From NCBI GenBank assembly GCA_977862235.1, contig OZ374563.1, forward strand, positions 2,418,001 through 2,482,000: a stretch of DNA of 64,000 bases. Direction: 5' to 3'. Shown one piece after another: positions 22,444-36,047 of this stretch. Positions within the stretch are counted from its first letter, which is position 1. Each line of letters begins with the position of its first letter. Source of the stretch: Dudresnaya verticillata (Eukaryota). The position numbers and the translations under genes were made by a program. The notes beneath the pieces are model-generated. The model was not told the origin of the DNA. It searched no databases and saw only the letters and a list, made by a program, of their open reading frames with translations.

Positions 22444-24961
22444 GTGGAACGCCCGCCTCGAATGGCGGGCGCTCCAGGAGATGAGGAACCACCTGTTCCA
22501 GAGAAGGGACAGGTCCCGAATGAAGAAAACATGGTCAGGACCCCTTCCGCAAGCGCCGCCACCTACGGCGCGAATGAGGGTCCTGACCCTAGTATGCCGC
22601 CGCCGTCCATCAGTCGGGCTAGCCAGCACGGTACGGGCGGACAGGCCCTAGAAGATGTGACCACGTCATCATTGCCCCCGGACATAGGGGTGGCAATGAG
22701 AACGAAAGCCAATTCGACCGACCAACGGTGTTTCTCAGAACGCGAGATAGGCCAGATGGTCGAATTGGGCATCGAAAATGTTCTCGTCACGTGCATCCGA
22801 GCGTTGCTCGAGAGTCAAGCTGACGAAACCCTCTCGAGGGTGAAGCGTTATTTCGACGACTCAACAGCCCGCCGGGGCGATCAATTATTGGCAAAGGTCC
22901 AAGAAGAGATCGATTCTCGATGTCGACAAACCTCCTCTCGAGGAGTAGACGAAGAACGGGTCGAGACCCTACAAGCCCAGGTCGATTCCTTGGGGGACCA
23001 ACTTGGTTCACCAGGAATTAGACCAGGTTACAACGGATGCCGACCGTTCAAGACAAGAAGCCGCTTTGGCTATTTCAGACGCCCAGTTGGGCGCGGACAA
23101 CACTCGTTGTGTTGAACAAGACAGACGCATCGAGCGCCCTCAACAGGAGCTCGATGCGGAGAAGAGTCGAGTCGCTATGATAGGAGCCCAAATGCGGCGA
23201 CTCAACCGCGAAAGGGAAGTCGTCCCTGAGATAATGCGCCGTTGTTCGCCAGTGCCTCGAGGCACGCGAGAGCGTCGCAGAAGGTTACCCCATCACGGGT
23301 CAGGCCACGAATCTCAAGACGATGAGGAAATGGCCCGGTGTCCAAATCACCTGGGGTGTAATTGCAGCCGACCGAGTCAACCTCGGTCTCGCCCCGATAG
23401 GCATTCGAGCCATCGACATGGTGGGAACCCCCATCCGGAAGCATACCCTACCTCAGGGTCGTCCGAGGACGAAGAGCCACAGTTAAGAACCTTCTCCAGA
23501 CCCTCCTGGTCTTCTTGGAAGGGACCCCGGCGTTCCGGTTTACAAGAACTGATTCCGAGGAACCCTGTCTTCGTACAGGTACTTTTATATCGAAGGTATA
23601 GGTTGTTGAACCTAGATGACTACAGGGGACCTGAAGTCACGGAGACTACGACGAAGAAGATAAAACGGGTGAAGACCGTGATGAGAAGTCGCCGGTTCGA
23701 CGGAAGTGACCCAGTATCCACTATTGGATTTCTCGCAACACTGAAACGACAGCTGGACCAAGCTCACATTACTGAAGGAGCAGCTATCCTTGTCATCGCA
23801 GACTTTCTGGGGAAAGATGCCAAAGACATGTTTGAAGCGAACCTCGACGCTGCAGGAGATGATAATCGTGGATTCAGCGAGTGGGCCGAGGCCGTCAATT
23901 ACCTTCTTCGCACGTATGCGAAAGACGTCTACATCGAGAGGATAGCCTCTGATATGGACACCATGGCACAAGAGCCGAATGAGGACGAGGTCACTTTCTC
24001 TCGACGGTTACAAAACCAAGCGCGACGAGTCGCTGGGGTCTACACAGAGCAAGACTTAATAACACGCTTTATTAGGGGTCTTCTCCCCGCGGTGAAGCCG
24101 CTGTTAAGCACTACCTCTCTGGATCCACGGACCGCCCGTTTGACAGATTATGTCGAGCTCGCCACCGCCCAGGGAGATTCCCGTCGTGCCCTAGTGGGAG
24201 GTGGCCGAGCGAAGAAGGCGACCTCGACGCTGCATAAGAAAACCCTCGCGAAGATACGGACACACAAACCTGGTCGGGCACTTCTCATTCGCCAGTCGAG
24301 ACGGTCGGGGGCATCTGACTCCGAATCCTCAAAGAGTAGCGACTCTGAGGACGACAACGAAGATGCCGTCGTCGCGGCTATAGACGAAGAAGCGCCACCA
24401 TCAACGGCAACCCAATCAGACAGCTGGTCCTCCGGGCAGTACTCCTATGGCCAGCCATAATATGGCGAAGTGGATGCGGTCATCCAAAACTACAACCATA
24501 GGCTCCCAGCCTGGGCTCAGCCAACAAGGACGCAGCATCCTGGATGGCAGACGGTCGAGGACCAACCAAATGACATCAGCTTTGAGTGTTGTGGCGTCGG
24601 TCATAAAGAGCCAAATTGCCCTCACCTGGCGCGTACGGACGAACACTCTTTTGAGACTCTAAAAAGGAGGCAGTTCCAAGAGCTCTCGCATGAGCAGAAA
24701 GCCTGGTTGGCAACTGTTGGGCGACTACCCTACTTCGCAAATGGACCGTTGTCGACAGGCCAAGCGATTGGGCCACCCACAGGCGCGCGTCAAAATATGG
24801 GGACGGGCGCCGGCGGAAATAGGCAAGTTCAATTTCATCCGGGTCTGGATCACCCCATCGACGCGCCAAGGCAAGCGCCGCGGGCACCAAGACCAGGGCT
24901 ACGACCCGTTCCGCCACCACCACCGTTACCACGGTCGCCCGCGCTCAAGGAGAAACACTAG
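22444..24961 (+). pseudogene. gag of Gypsy element 1
   Basis: Retrotransposon-gag-like FDGSDP..FL..W..AV..LL..Y..Q.P.EDE..F..RL and a degenerate knuckle ECCGVGHKEPNC. Frameshift near 23005, stop at 24458. Confidence 0.85.
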
Positions 24962-25130
24962 AGAGGGGGGAACCGGTTTCGGTTGACCCGATCACTCAGG
25001 TTACATCGGAACCCCCGATCGATTCGCTGAACGCAGCTTCACTAGCACAAGCTTCGACAGCTTCTCCACGGATCGACCGGTTTCACATGAGAATGTTGCT
25101 TCTGTTCCGAAGAACATCTTAACGCGCCCC

Positions 25131-28100
25131 ATGGGCTTACCCCGTGGTTGTACGTATGACGAGTATTGTAAGGACCCAGTCTTTTCCCTGTCACGCTACA
25201 ACTATAAATTTGCTGCGTCCGTCGGGACTTCTGTGGAAAAAATCACTCGAATACTATCCGTATTGGATACAGGGGCTGGCCCTAATCTGCTCCGGGCGGA
25301 AGTTCTTTCTCCGGAAGAAAGGAAGCGCATCTCGACGAACAGGTCGATCGTCAACTTGACGTATGCGTCGAGTCATAGACTAACTACACTGGGAACCATC
25401 TCGCTCGTTGTACGCGTGGGCTCATACACGGTTCGACAACCTTTTTTGTCGTCAAGGCGCTTGCAGTGGATGCCATCCTGGGATGCACGTTTATCGATAC
25501 CCACGTTGAGGTTTTACGTGTTCGGAAACAGAACATCGTTCTCCGAGACGGGTCGATACACCCTATCCTAAGGCGCCGTTGCGGCATACCCCGTGAAGAT
25601 CTACCCTCAGAACCAATGAATGTCCCTCCTTTAACTACCTCGCGACTAATCCGCGTCGCCGAACGCACTAACTTACCGCCGGGCAATGAGACATGGGTCG
25701 TCGTGACCTGCTCGGCCCAAGGAACGCACTTCCTGGAATCATTTCCATGGTTATACGACCGTCAACACGTGGTCGTGACCAACGGTATAGTCGATCTAGA
25801 ATCGAATCGGATCTTCCACGTGAATGTTGCGAACTTCTCGCCGCGCATGCAGCAGCTTCAGAATAATCAAAGCCTCGAAAAGGCTGTCCCAGCGCCCACC
25901 CGGACGCCGGTATACGCCATTTCCATCGAGGAATCTGATCCTGACCTCAATCCTGACACCTCCGTGTCCAGTCCTCAACCGGACACATTCCCCGATTTGG
26001 GGGGCGCGACTGGCTGCTGCTCTTGGTAGTGAAGGCGCAAAGCCTGGAATTATAACAGCGACCTCTACGCCGTCTCCCATGTCAGTCGATGACTTGGCAC
26101 TGGAGCACCTGTCCGGGCCGGACCGTTGTCGAGTACGAAAAATGCTCCGACCATTCGCCGGTATGTGGGACGGCGAGCTGGGAACAATCAAGGTGACGAA
26201 GCACCTAATTGAACTACAAGAAGGTTCCAAACCTGTATTCTGGCAACCCTATCGGTCGGGCCCGAAAGCTAGACAAGTCGAACAAGACGAAGCAGACAAG
26301 ATGCTTAAAGAAGGCGTCATCGAGCCTGCTCGCACGGAGTTCGCAAGCCCCGTAGTGCTGGTCAAGAAACCCGATGGGTCCCTACGTTTCTGCTTCGATT
26401 ACCGCAAGCTCAACGCTATCACAGGTAAGGACACATATCCTCTCCCGCGGATGGACGAGTGTCTGGACTCGCTGGGAAACGCACAATACTTTACAACCTT
26501 GGATTGTAGTTCCGGGTATTGGAAAATTCCAGTCGAGGAAGATGACAAGCACAAAACGGCTTTCACTTGCCATGCCGGATATTTCCAGTTCTGCAGAATG
26601 CCCTTCGGGCTCTGAAACTTTCCCGCGACCTTTCAACGTACGGTTGATATCCTACTCTCCGGATTCAGATGGAAAACCTATTTAGTCTATTTGGACGACA
26701 TCATTATATTCTCGACAGCAGTCGACGAACACCTCACACACGTGAAGGGCATTCTAGAAGTACTGCAAGAAGCAGGAGTTTCGCTGAAACTAAAGAAGTG
26801 CCACTTCTTCACGAAGAGCGTTGACTACTTAGGTCACGTGATCCGCCCAGGACTGCTAGAAGTGGCAACCAGGAATACCCAAGCCGTCGAAGGGTTTAAG
26901 GATCCGAAGACTCAGACCCAGTTACGATCATTTATTGGAATCTGCAATGTTTACAGGTGCTTCGTGCCTAACTTCGCGCGCGTGGCGGCCCCACTAAACG
27001 CACTCTTACAAAAGGATCAGGACTTCGAGTTACCAACGTTCGACGAACGTCAACGAGAAGCGTTTGAACTTCTCAAGAAAGCGTTAGTCGCTCCGCCGAT
27101 ACTGTGATTCCCTCAAGAAGATAAGGCTCTCTCCGTCGACACGGACGCCTGTGATTACCAAATCGGGTGCGCATTGATGCAGATGAAAGAAGATGGCACC
27201 CGACACCCCATAGAGTTTTGGAGCCGCGGCCTAACGAAGGCGGAAAAGAACTACTAGGTAGTCGGGAAAGAATGCCTACCAGTGGTCTGGGCAACGCAGA
27301 TGCTTCGTCCATATTTGGAACGGTCCCACTTCGACCTGTATACGGATCACCAAGCTTTAAAAGGGATGATGAGCATGACCGATGCTTCAGGGAGACTGGC
27401 CCGCTTGAGGTTACGCCCGTTGGAATATGATTTCACGGTACAATACCGAAAAGGAAAGAAGAATCAGATCGCGGATGCCGTCTCTCGGCTGCCAACTTAC
27501 GGCTTCACCCAGTGGGAACCGGACCTCGAGATCCCTTGTTTTGTAATCGAAAACGATCGAAAGGACGCCTGCGACGAACGGTCGCCAGCGCGGAAACCAC
27601 GGACGGGTGCACAACTCCAACCCTTAGAGGTTTGGGGATTCGAACCTCGGGATGACGACCCTTCGGGTGACGAACAGCTAATAGCTCAGGTGGCCGACAA
27701 GGAATCACCCCAGAAGGGTCTCTCCCTCATAACAGTGGAGGAGCTGCTCCGAGAGCAAAAATCAGACGACTTCTGCGTCTGGGTCCGGTGGAACTTCGAG
27801 ACGGGTAAGCCCGGCTGCTATCTCGAGGATAGGAGAGTACTCCTTGTGCGCAAGTCGTACGTAGACCACGTTCTACAGGTACTCGTACCTAGATCACTGA
27901 AAGAAAAGGTTCTACACCTAGCGCACTACCCGGAGTTGGCCAGCCACCCTGGGGGTACCGGGATGTATCACAACCTTCGACGACAGGTATATTGGCCTGA
28001 GATGTCTCTGGACGTGTACGCGACAGTAATAAATTGCGTCAAGTGCGCCCAAGAGCGCGTCCAACTTCGAAAACATACTTCCCATATGAAGTTATTCCCG

Positions 28101-29468
28101 GCAACGTTGCCTTTGGAATTCATAGGGATCGACATCCTTGGGCCCCTGCCCCGTTCAGGCAAAGAAAATGAGTTCCTCCTAGTCATGACTCACAGATTCT
28201 CCAAACTAACGAGAGAGATACCGTTGAAGACAGTCACAGCCTATACAGTGGCCAAGGCTTTCTGTGAGCATTGGGTTTTCATATACGGTCCACTCCGTTA
28301 CGTCCTTTCGGACAATGGCTCGCAATTCGAGTCAAAGTTCTTCCTCGCGATGTGCGACATCCTTCGAATTAGGAATATGTTTACGTCAACCTATCATCCG
28401 CAGACGAACGGTCAGACAGAACGATTCAATCGTACCCTCCTAGCGGGGTTGCGACATTTCATCGCCGAAGATCAGAAAGACTGGATAGAGTTTACCTCTG
28501 CGTTAACGTGCACGTATAAAACTACTGTACATCGTGCTACGGGCCTGGCGCCCTTCGATCTGGCGTTATCTAACCCCCCGATATCCATCTTAATGTAACA
28601 AGCAGAGATAGTGGACGTCGAACACGTGCCGGCGACTAACGTTAAGAAGCGGCTGACTCTACGCTTACAGAAGCTGATGGATACGGCCTTACCGCGGATG
28701 AAGTTAGCGCAACGGCGCTATGAAACGAATTTCAATAATCGGATTCGACCGGCTAACCAGAAAGTGAGACCTGGGTCTTGGGTTTTCCTAGAGAGGGAAA
28801 CGAAGTTGAAGGACGCTTCAGGTGTGGCCCGCGAAGGGAAGTTGCTTCGTAAGGCTCTCAGGCCGTATAAGGTTCTGGAACGTGGAACGCACGTTGTCAT
28901 TCTAGACATCAAAGGAGATAGAGAGACGACATCTCTGGACCGGGTTACCTTGGCCCCCTCTCCGCATTAAGAACCAAGCGCGCAGGGTCAAGACCCTTCA
29001 GTAGTGTGCCTCACGCCATAAAGCTCGACGGCGCCGAACGGGCGAGTTGGGGGCGCAAATGCGAACACCGATCCTCACAATCCCGAGAGACAGGGCGTTT
29101 CCGATATTACGGACAATCTGACTCTCGCGGTGCCGCCTACTTATGGAACAGCCATACCGAGTCCCCAAGATGCAGTGGCTGCGGCCCCTCCCAATCCGGA
29201 TCGCGATCCTGTAACCGCCGCGCCCAGCACACCGGCGACAATGCGGAACGACCCCTCTTCCCCAGGGAAGTTTTCTCGTTTTAAGAAAGCGCCGCCACGC
29301 GAGCGAGTTTACGATCGCATCGTGTTGTACGATGCCGGTCGACATCTCTACCGCATTCGGTGGTTTCAAATTCCAGCGTCAGAAGACACTTGGGAGCCCA
29401 AGGAACATCTTCCTCACAATCTGGTGGTAAGATACCATCGAGCCAAAGGGGTCGCTCTCCCGCAATAA
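25131..29468 (+). pseudogene. pol of Gypsy element 1 (PR-RT-RNase H-INT-chromodomain)
   Basis: LDTGAG, DYRKLN..YPLPRMDE, MPFGL, YLDD (~26688), YTDHQAL..ADAVSR, H..HPG..CVKC, SDNGSQF, YHPQTNGQTERFN, chromodomain YRIRWF..EDTWEP (~29301-29445). Multiple stops and frameshifts. Confidence 0.93.
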
Positions 29469-29749
29469 GCGTCCTACGCTGGGACATTGCTCAAGGAGAG
29501 CAAATTCGCCGAGAAGAGGCTAGTCGAACCCTGCGGGCCGGGGCTCCTGTTGCGAATAATCGCCTATCTGAGCTTACGTACTGCGTAGGGCAACCGCTAC
29601 GCTCGGCAGTAGCGATGGCAAGGACGTCTTGCTGTACGGCCATTGGGCCTGTGTATAACAATAGGGAGTTGGAATGCCCATTCCCCCTTAATCTGTTGAG
29701 CTGACTAACAACAACATGTATAGATGGAAACAAAGGAGTCAAGACTCTG

Positions 29750-29905
29750 AAAATGGATAGATGTAAGGAGTGGATCCTGGATAGATGTGTGGAAACGGAT
29801 AGATGAATCAAGAACCTAGATTCTGTATAGATATGGAAATGGATAGATGAGTCAAGAATCTAGATTCTGGATAGATGAGCTGTATAGCTACATGGATAGA
29901 TGTGA
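29750..29905 (+). repeat. TGGATAGATG-motif tandem array (element 1)
   Basis: About 6 copies of (T)GGATAGATG between the end of pol and the end of the antisense ORF. Confidence 0.8.
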
Positions 29906-30860
29906 ACCATGGACGTCGCTCGTATGAGGGACCCGAGGATTTAGATCCTGAGTCAGGGCCTATGCCCTGGACAACGCAGTCAAACGCTTCCAGTTGAAAC
30001 TGAGGGATATGCGGCGGGAGATATCAACAAAGCCAGTCGAGGCGAGCAAAGCCATGCTTAGCTCTAGGGGCGAACCCCACCATAAGTTGACCAGCTCGTC
30101 GAAGTCCAACCTCGGTGACGCTGCTCGCGAGTATGACGCATGCGTGCACGCTTTCGCGACCCCGGCGGGGCATTACAGACTGAAATAGGGCCAAACCTTT
30201 GAGCGTCAATTACGGCTACGGCAGAAATGCCGAAGCAGGCGCGAAGAGCCTCTAAGATGTGGTGTCCTCGTTATGGGAAGCCTTCTTGGCAATAAGCCCT
30301 GGAGCATCGGGCAGAACCAAGGACGCGTAACCACGCTCAACAGCGCGACTAGCCTGCGAGGCGTTGGCTTCGCGCCAAAAAAACGCTACAGTACAGCCAC
30401 TCGCTACTGTAGAGCCGAACAACTGTCGCTGATAGGTCACCACGGCCAGGGAGGCGGAATAGGGCTCCAATGGGGAGTCTCTAAATCAGCGTCTAACCGC
30501 TTCGACTACAGTGTTCTCCAACATAACTGTAGCATATTAAAACGCATTGCTGGAGTTGCCCCCTTCGCCGCACGGCCTCAAGGAGGCGGATTGGCCCCCA
30601 CTGGGAGTCTGCAGACTGGCTCATGTACCACGGCGCGTGGTGGCACACAGCACGCGAGCTCAATTCGCCCACTGCCTCTATTCTGGCGCTGACCCCAAGC
30701 GATGCGACTCCGCTAAGTCTCAGAGTGAGAATACTATCACACCTCAAACGCGCGCAACGCCTACCAAAGGAAGTGATTCTAAGCATACAAGACGGATTTA
30801 TTTAGCGGGCCAGCCAATCAAAAGTCTAAGGCTATAAGCCTGGGGCTAGCGCACGACGCG

Positions 30861-33047
30861 CTAGTCAGAAAGTAGGTCGATGACCTCGTTCTCCTTGAGC
30901 GGAGGATGGGGCCCAGACGGCGCCCGAGTTGTCGTGACACGACGCACTTCGCGCAACACTCTAGCTTGACGAGGGCCACGACCACGACGAGTGTCGAGGC
31001 CATCATGAGTCCCGCCAGCACGGCCTGACACTTGGCCCTCGATGTCCATGGGCGAGCCATCGCGCTCACCCTCGCCCTCCATGGGCTCTATTTCCTCCTC
31101 CTCTTTGAGGAGGAGCTCCGTCTTCACGATGACTTCCGAAGTCATCCGGTCTGACGCCAAAGGCTCTCCGGCCGTAGCGGGGACCTTCGTAGTTCCCCCT
31201 TGAGCCCCGATGGGCTGGATTGCGACAGACTGGTCCGGCGGCGGGACCTTCTGACCTTGGTCATTCGTGACTTGATCGACCTCGGCGGAAGCCGACGTAG
31301 GCGACTGCACAGACCGCACTGAAGCCAACTCGGGCTAACCAGCCGGCGCTTCGACATTTTCCTCGCGGGGGATCTTGCTTGTATCAGCCTCAGTGGCTTC
31401 ACGGGCGTCGAGGCCTAACTTGGCAACAATCGCCTCTTTAGCTACGGGCGCTGGGCGCTGGGGGTGACCAAATCCCTTACGGATCTTCTTTCCAACTCCA
31501 CCTGTTGGGTCTTCAGCTTCTTCTGCTTTAACACCACCCAGAGGCGGTAACGCCTCAAGAATCGCCCGAAGGTGGGCTTGCTCCACGGGACCCGGAGCCT
31601 CGATCCAATGCGCCTCGTACTCGGCTAAGACTTCTTCGACCCAGTCGGCCAGACTCGCCAAGTTGAGGTTATGAACGTTCCAGTGCACCGTCAGTCGGAT
31701 ATCCAAACCTCGGCGGTTAAACACGTCGCGGATTTCCGCATCTGCGCGATAGTGGTGAGCCACTGAAGGCGCGTACGGACCTTGCGGTTGGCCGTCGAAA
31801 GTGTCGTCGAACGGCGGCACCTCTTCGAGGCTAGAAGGGCCTTCATCGCGCCATTTCACACTTACCCAACCGCGGGTGTAGCCAGTCCGGCGTTCGCCTT
31901 CATCTAAGGCAATGGACCCTCCCTCGGTGGGAAGCTCGGCTAACATGAAGTCTGGTAAGACTGGAAGCCATTTCTCCGGGTCGAACTCCACCCAATCACC
32001 CCGATCAAAGACGGCCGTGATGTGCCCCGTATTCTTGGGTAAGAAGAAGTTGCGCTTAGTCACTCGACTCCATCGAATACGTTCCACGAAGGAAAGGATG
32101 GCGTCGAGATCGGCGGCATCTTCCGCTGTGGCGGTAAAGGCAGACGGGCCGAGGGACCGAATACACGCCTGAAGGGGCTTTCCAATTAAGTACAGAAAGC
32201 CCCGACGGGCTTCATACACGAAAACTTGTGTCAACATCACGATCCACTCGTGCCGGAATATCGTCCAGAGTAGGGACTCGTCGTAAGCCACATTCATCAT
32301 CTCCAGACCGAGATAAGCCACGATTGTAGGCGTGCCCATGGGCATCGAGTACGAGACCTCCAAAACAGCCTGGACGTCAGGCACTTGAGGATACTTGATC
32401 CGATAAAACTCCGGACGGATGGAAGTCACTTCCTGGAAATGGGCCGGAATGAAGCAGCCAGTACGATGGCGGAGGCGGCGCTCGAAGCGCACTAAATCCG
32501 ACGGCATGGCCGTTTGAGTGTTGTCCAGGGCATACTTAAAGTTTGAGTTATCGTCCCAGCGGACAACACTCGCCGTCGTATACGGGTAGCTGTCCCTTCC
32601 TGGACGAATGAACGGCCGTTGGTGGCACACGATCGACAGATCGAAAACTCCAGTTTTATGGATGGTTTGGACCTCCTTGATCCGGAAGTTGATGAGCCTC
32701 TCCAAGGCTGAAGTGTAAAGGACCTCATGGCGAAAACGTGGATGAGCGAGGTCCCACTTCCAAGGGCCTTCGATGGTAGGCAACTCCCGGTTGGGTCCCG
32801 TGAGTATACCAAGACCCTGACGAACGTGCGCATGCCACGTGCGGCGCTGTGCACGTCTTGCGCCGCGTCGGCGGATCTCGCTACGGTCGGCTCCCGCGTT
32901 GGCCTTGATGTGTGCAAGATCTGTGCGCACACGCCAATCGCGGCTATTCTTGATTGTGATCGGTACCCTTGCCTCGTCCATTTCGAAGCCGAGGACTCTA
33001 ACGCTGGAACCGGCGCTTCCAAAAACCATCTGCTGCTTCGTACTCAT
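30861..33047 (-). CDS. Antisense accessory ORF of Gypsy element 1, unknown function (~730 aa, one in-frame TAG at 31335)
   Basis: ORFs 31335..33176 and 30861..31328 share a frame. ATG 33047 (MSTKQQMVFGSAGSS) aligns with the copy-3 start MAPPRLAYGVAGSS. Homologues lie at 37201-39296 and 54124-55658. Confidence 0.85.
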
Positions 33048-36047
33048 GATTGAGTTCTCGCATGAATAAGCCACGTCGAGGGACCGTGAAAAAATCGTGA
33101 GCCGCGAAAGCGATACTGGATGCCCGTCGACACGGGACACCTGACGTCGACTGGGCGTACGATGATTTGTCGCCACGCGGCCGTCGCGAGACGGGGGTTT
33201 TGGTGGCGGTTACACCAGCCCTCAACGGGCCGTTTGCGACATCCCCTGCGCGTCCGCCCCAACCGGGCCAATGGAAACAGCCTTGCTTGCTTCGCCGGTC
33301 TCTCGGCTTTAGAGAGGGGGCCGTGTGGTACAATGAGCCGACAGGAGCTGTAAGCACGTACACGTGTTTTGCGCCGGTAATGCGCTGGTAATATTGCACG
33401 TGAAGTGCGCCTTAATGCGCTGCGAGAAGGAATGCCTCGCTGTAGTCTGGGCTACACAAATGCTGAGACCATGTTTGGAAAGGTCCCATTTTGACCTGTA
33501 CGCCGACCATCAGGCTCTGAAATGGACGATGAGCGTGACGGACGCGTCCGGACGTCTAGCGCGATGGCGCCTATGTCCCTTAGAATACGACTTCAAGGTT
33601 GAATACCGTAAGGGGAAGAAGAATCAGATTGCTGACGCAGTCTCCCGGTTGCCCACCTATGGGTTTACTACGTGGGAACCGGATCTTGAGATCCCCTGCT
33701 TTATAGTCGCTGATAGCGAGAGGGAAGATCCTCCCGACCCTTCGGCGAAGGATGAATCGGGAACCAAGACCAGTTCGCGACCCTTGGAGGAATGGGAGAT
33801 AGAAACAGAGGATAATTTATTCGAGTCGAGTCTCGAGGACGAGCGATTGATAGCCAATGTGGCTGAAACGGAAGTGGACGAGAAGAGTCTTTCCCTTCTC
33901 ACAGTAGAGGAAATCCTTCGCGCGCAACGAACAGACAAGTTCTGTAAGGGTATCAAGATAGCCATCGAAGCTGGAAAACCGGGATGCTATCTGGATGACG
34001 AACGCGGACTCCTGGTCCGAAGGTCTTACATTGATAGGGCTTTGCAGGTACTCATACCTAAAGTTCTCCAGGCGCGAGTCCTACATCTCACGCACTACCC
34101 AGATATGGCCTGCCATCCTGGTGGCACGAGGATTGTGGGATGTACCACAACTTGAGAAGGCAAGTATATTGGCCAGACATGGCCCTCACCGTTTACTCGA
34201 CAGTGCGGAACTGTGTCAAGTGCGCGATGGAACGAGTCCAGTTGAGAAGACATACTTCGCACATGAAGTTATTTCCGGCATCATGCAACTTGAATTCCTA
34301 GGAATTGATATCTTGGGCCCATACCGAGACCAAGCAAAGGGAACGAGTATCTTCTCGTCATCACCGCTCGTTTCTCGAAACTGACACGGGTAGTCCCGTT
34401 GAAGACGGTGACGGCTTATAATGTAGGAAGAGCATTCTCCGAAAACTGGGTGTACATCTACCGGCCACCCCGTTACGTCTTATCCGATAATGCATCGCAG
34501 TTTGCTTCCAAGTTCTTTATTTCCCTGTGGCATCCTCCGTATGCAGAATATGTTCACATCTACATATCACTGGCAGACTAACGATCAAACCGAAAGATTC
34601 AATCGCACCCTTTTAGCAGGGTTGAGACACTTCATTGCAGATGACCAAAAGGATTGGGACGAGTTCACGTCTGAACTGACGTATGTATATAATACGACCG
34701 TTCATCGTGCAACGGGATTCGCGCCTGTCTATTTGGTTCTATCCAATCCAACTACTTCTATCCTAATAGATCGAGCTGAAACGGTCGACGTGGCCAACGT
34801 ACCCGCGACGAATGTCAAGAAGCGGTTAACCGCTAGACTTGAGAATCTGATGTATACAGCGTTGTCTCTGTTAAAATCAGCGCAACGTCGCTATGAGGCT
34901 AACTTCAATAACCGCATGCGTCTGAGTATTCAGAAGGTACACCCTGGGCAATGGGTCTTTCTCGAAAGAGAGACTAAGATGAAAGACGCTAGAGGCGTGT
35001 ACAAGAAGTAAAACTCTTCCCGAAGGCTCTGAGGCCTTATAAGGTCCTCGAGAGAGGAATGCACGCAGTCTTGCTTGAATTCAAAGGCGAGCGAGAGTCG
35101 ACCTCGTTGGACCGCGTGACCTTATCGCCTTCGACAGACAAAGGGCTCGGAGCCGAAGGACAAGACTCCACGATAGTTGGTGAAGCACCAGAAGTCGAAG
35201 AGCAGAGGCCACCACCATCTGGACCTGAACCCACCTCTGGACCTCCCACTGAAGGGGCACCAAGAACTAAGGATGAGGAATCCTCTAGATGGGCCACGGG
35301 TCCCGCAAATGCCACGACTGTCTCCCCTCCAGCAATTAGAAACACTGAAAATATCGATAACACCGTGGGATCTGTTTCTCCTAGTATACTCCCCACAGGG
35401 GTTCCTGTTACACTATCGCCAGGCGGTACGGCCTTACGTAAAAACTCCTAATTCTTACAGGATTCAGGTCCGGCCGCCGCTCAGGCGGCAACGCCACGAT
35501 GGAGAGCAACGTGACTGCGCCTCTCCGTACGTTTTCTCGCTACAAGAAAGCACCCCCACGTGAGTACGTTATGACAAAATCGTCGACTATGATGCCGGTA
35601 CCCATAAGTACCGTATTCGATTGTTCCAATGCCCAGCGGCGCAAGACACCTGGGAGCCACGGGATCATCTCCCTGACAATTTGGTCAAACGGTACTGCCG
35701 CTCAAAGAAGATCCCCCTTCCAGGAGCAGCTGCCGACTCACTGGCTTAGTTGATAAGCAAAGACGTGAAGTCTCGAGAGAATACATCAATAGCACTCTAC
35801 GGAAAGAGCCTAGGCTGTCGGTCTAGTATGGGACCTGAGGAATCAAACTCCTGCGATAAAGGTTGTGTTGATATCTCAAGCTATCATTCTATGAAGCATG
35901 AAGCACGTGGATGATGCTGAGAAGAAAATGAACAATCGTCCAAGGAGAACAGTGCCCACAGCAATGGTCGTCGCCTACTAGGCGAGGTTCGTTGAAACTT
36001 GGAAGACGTACGCTGATTTATAGAAGATGGAGACTTTGGTCAGGAGA

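Larger units (their letters stand above)
19700..33420 (+). mobile_element. Ty3/Gypsy chromovirus element 1 (degenerate gag-pol, antisense ORF, truncated 3' LTR)
   Basis: 5' LTR 19700-21825 (TGTGG...CTACA), PBS 21827, gag-PR-RT-RH-INT-chromodomain, PPT AGAGAGGGGG 33311-33320. The 3' LTR starts at 33324 and matches 19700 onward for ~97 bp. Confidence 0.93.

Noticed and set aside
30861..33047. Antisense ORF as env
   Set aside because: Wrong strand, and no signal peptide, furin/fusion motif or C-terminal membrane anchor is evident.
30861..33047. Antisense ORF preserved after gag-pol decay (domestication)
   Set aside because: One lesion in 2.2 kb versus roughly ten in 7 kb is too small a difference to claim; copies 2 and 3 are broken.
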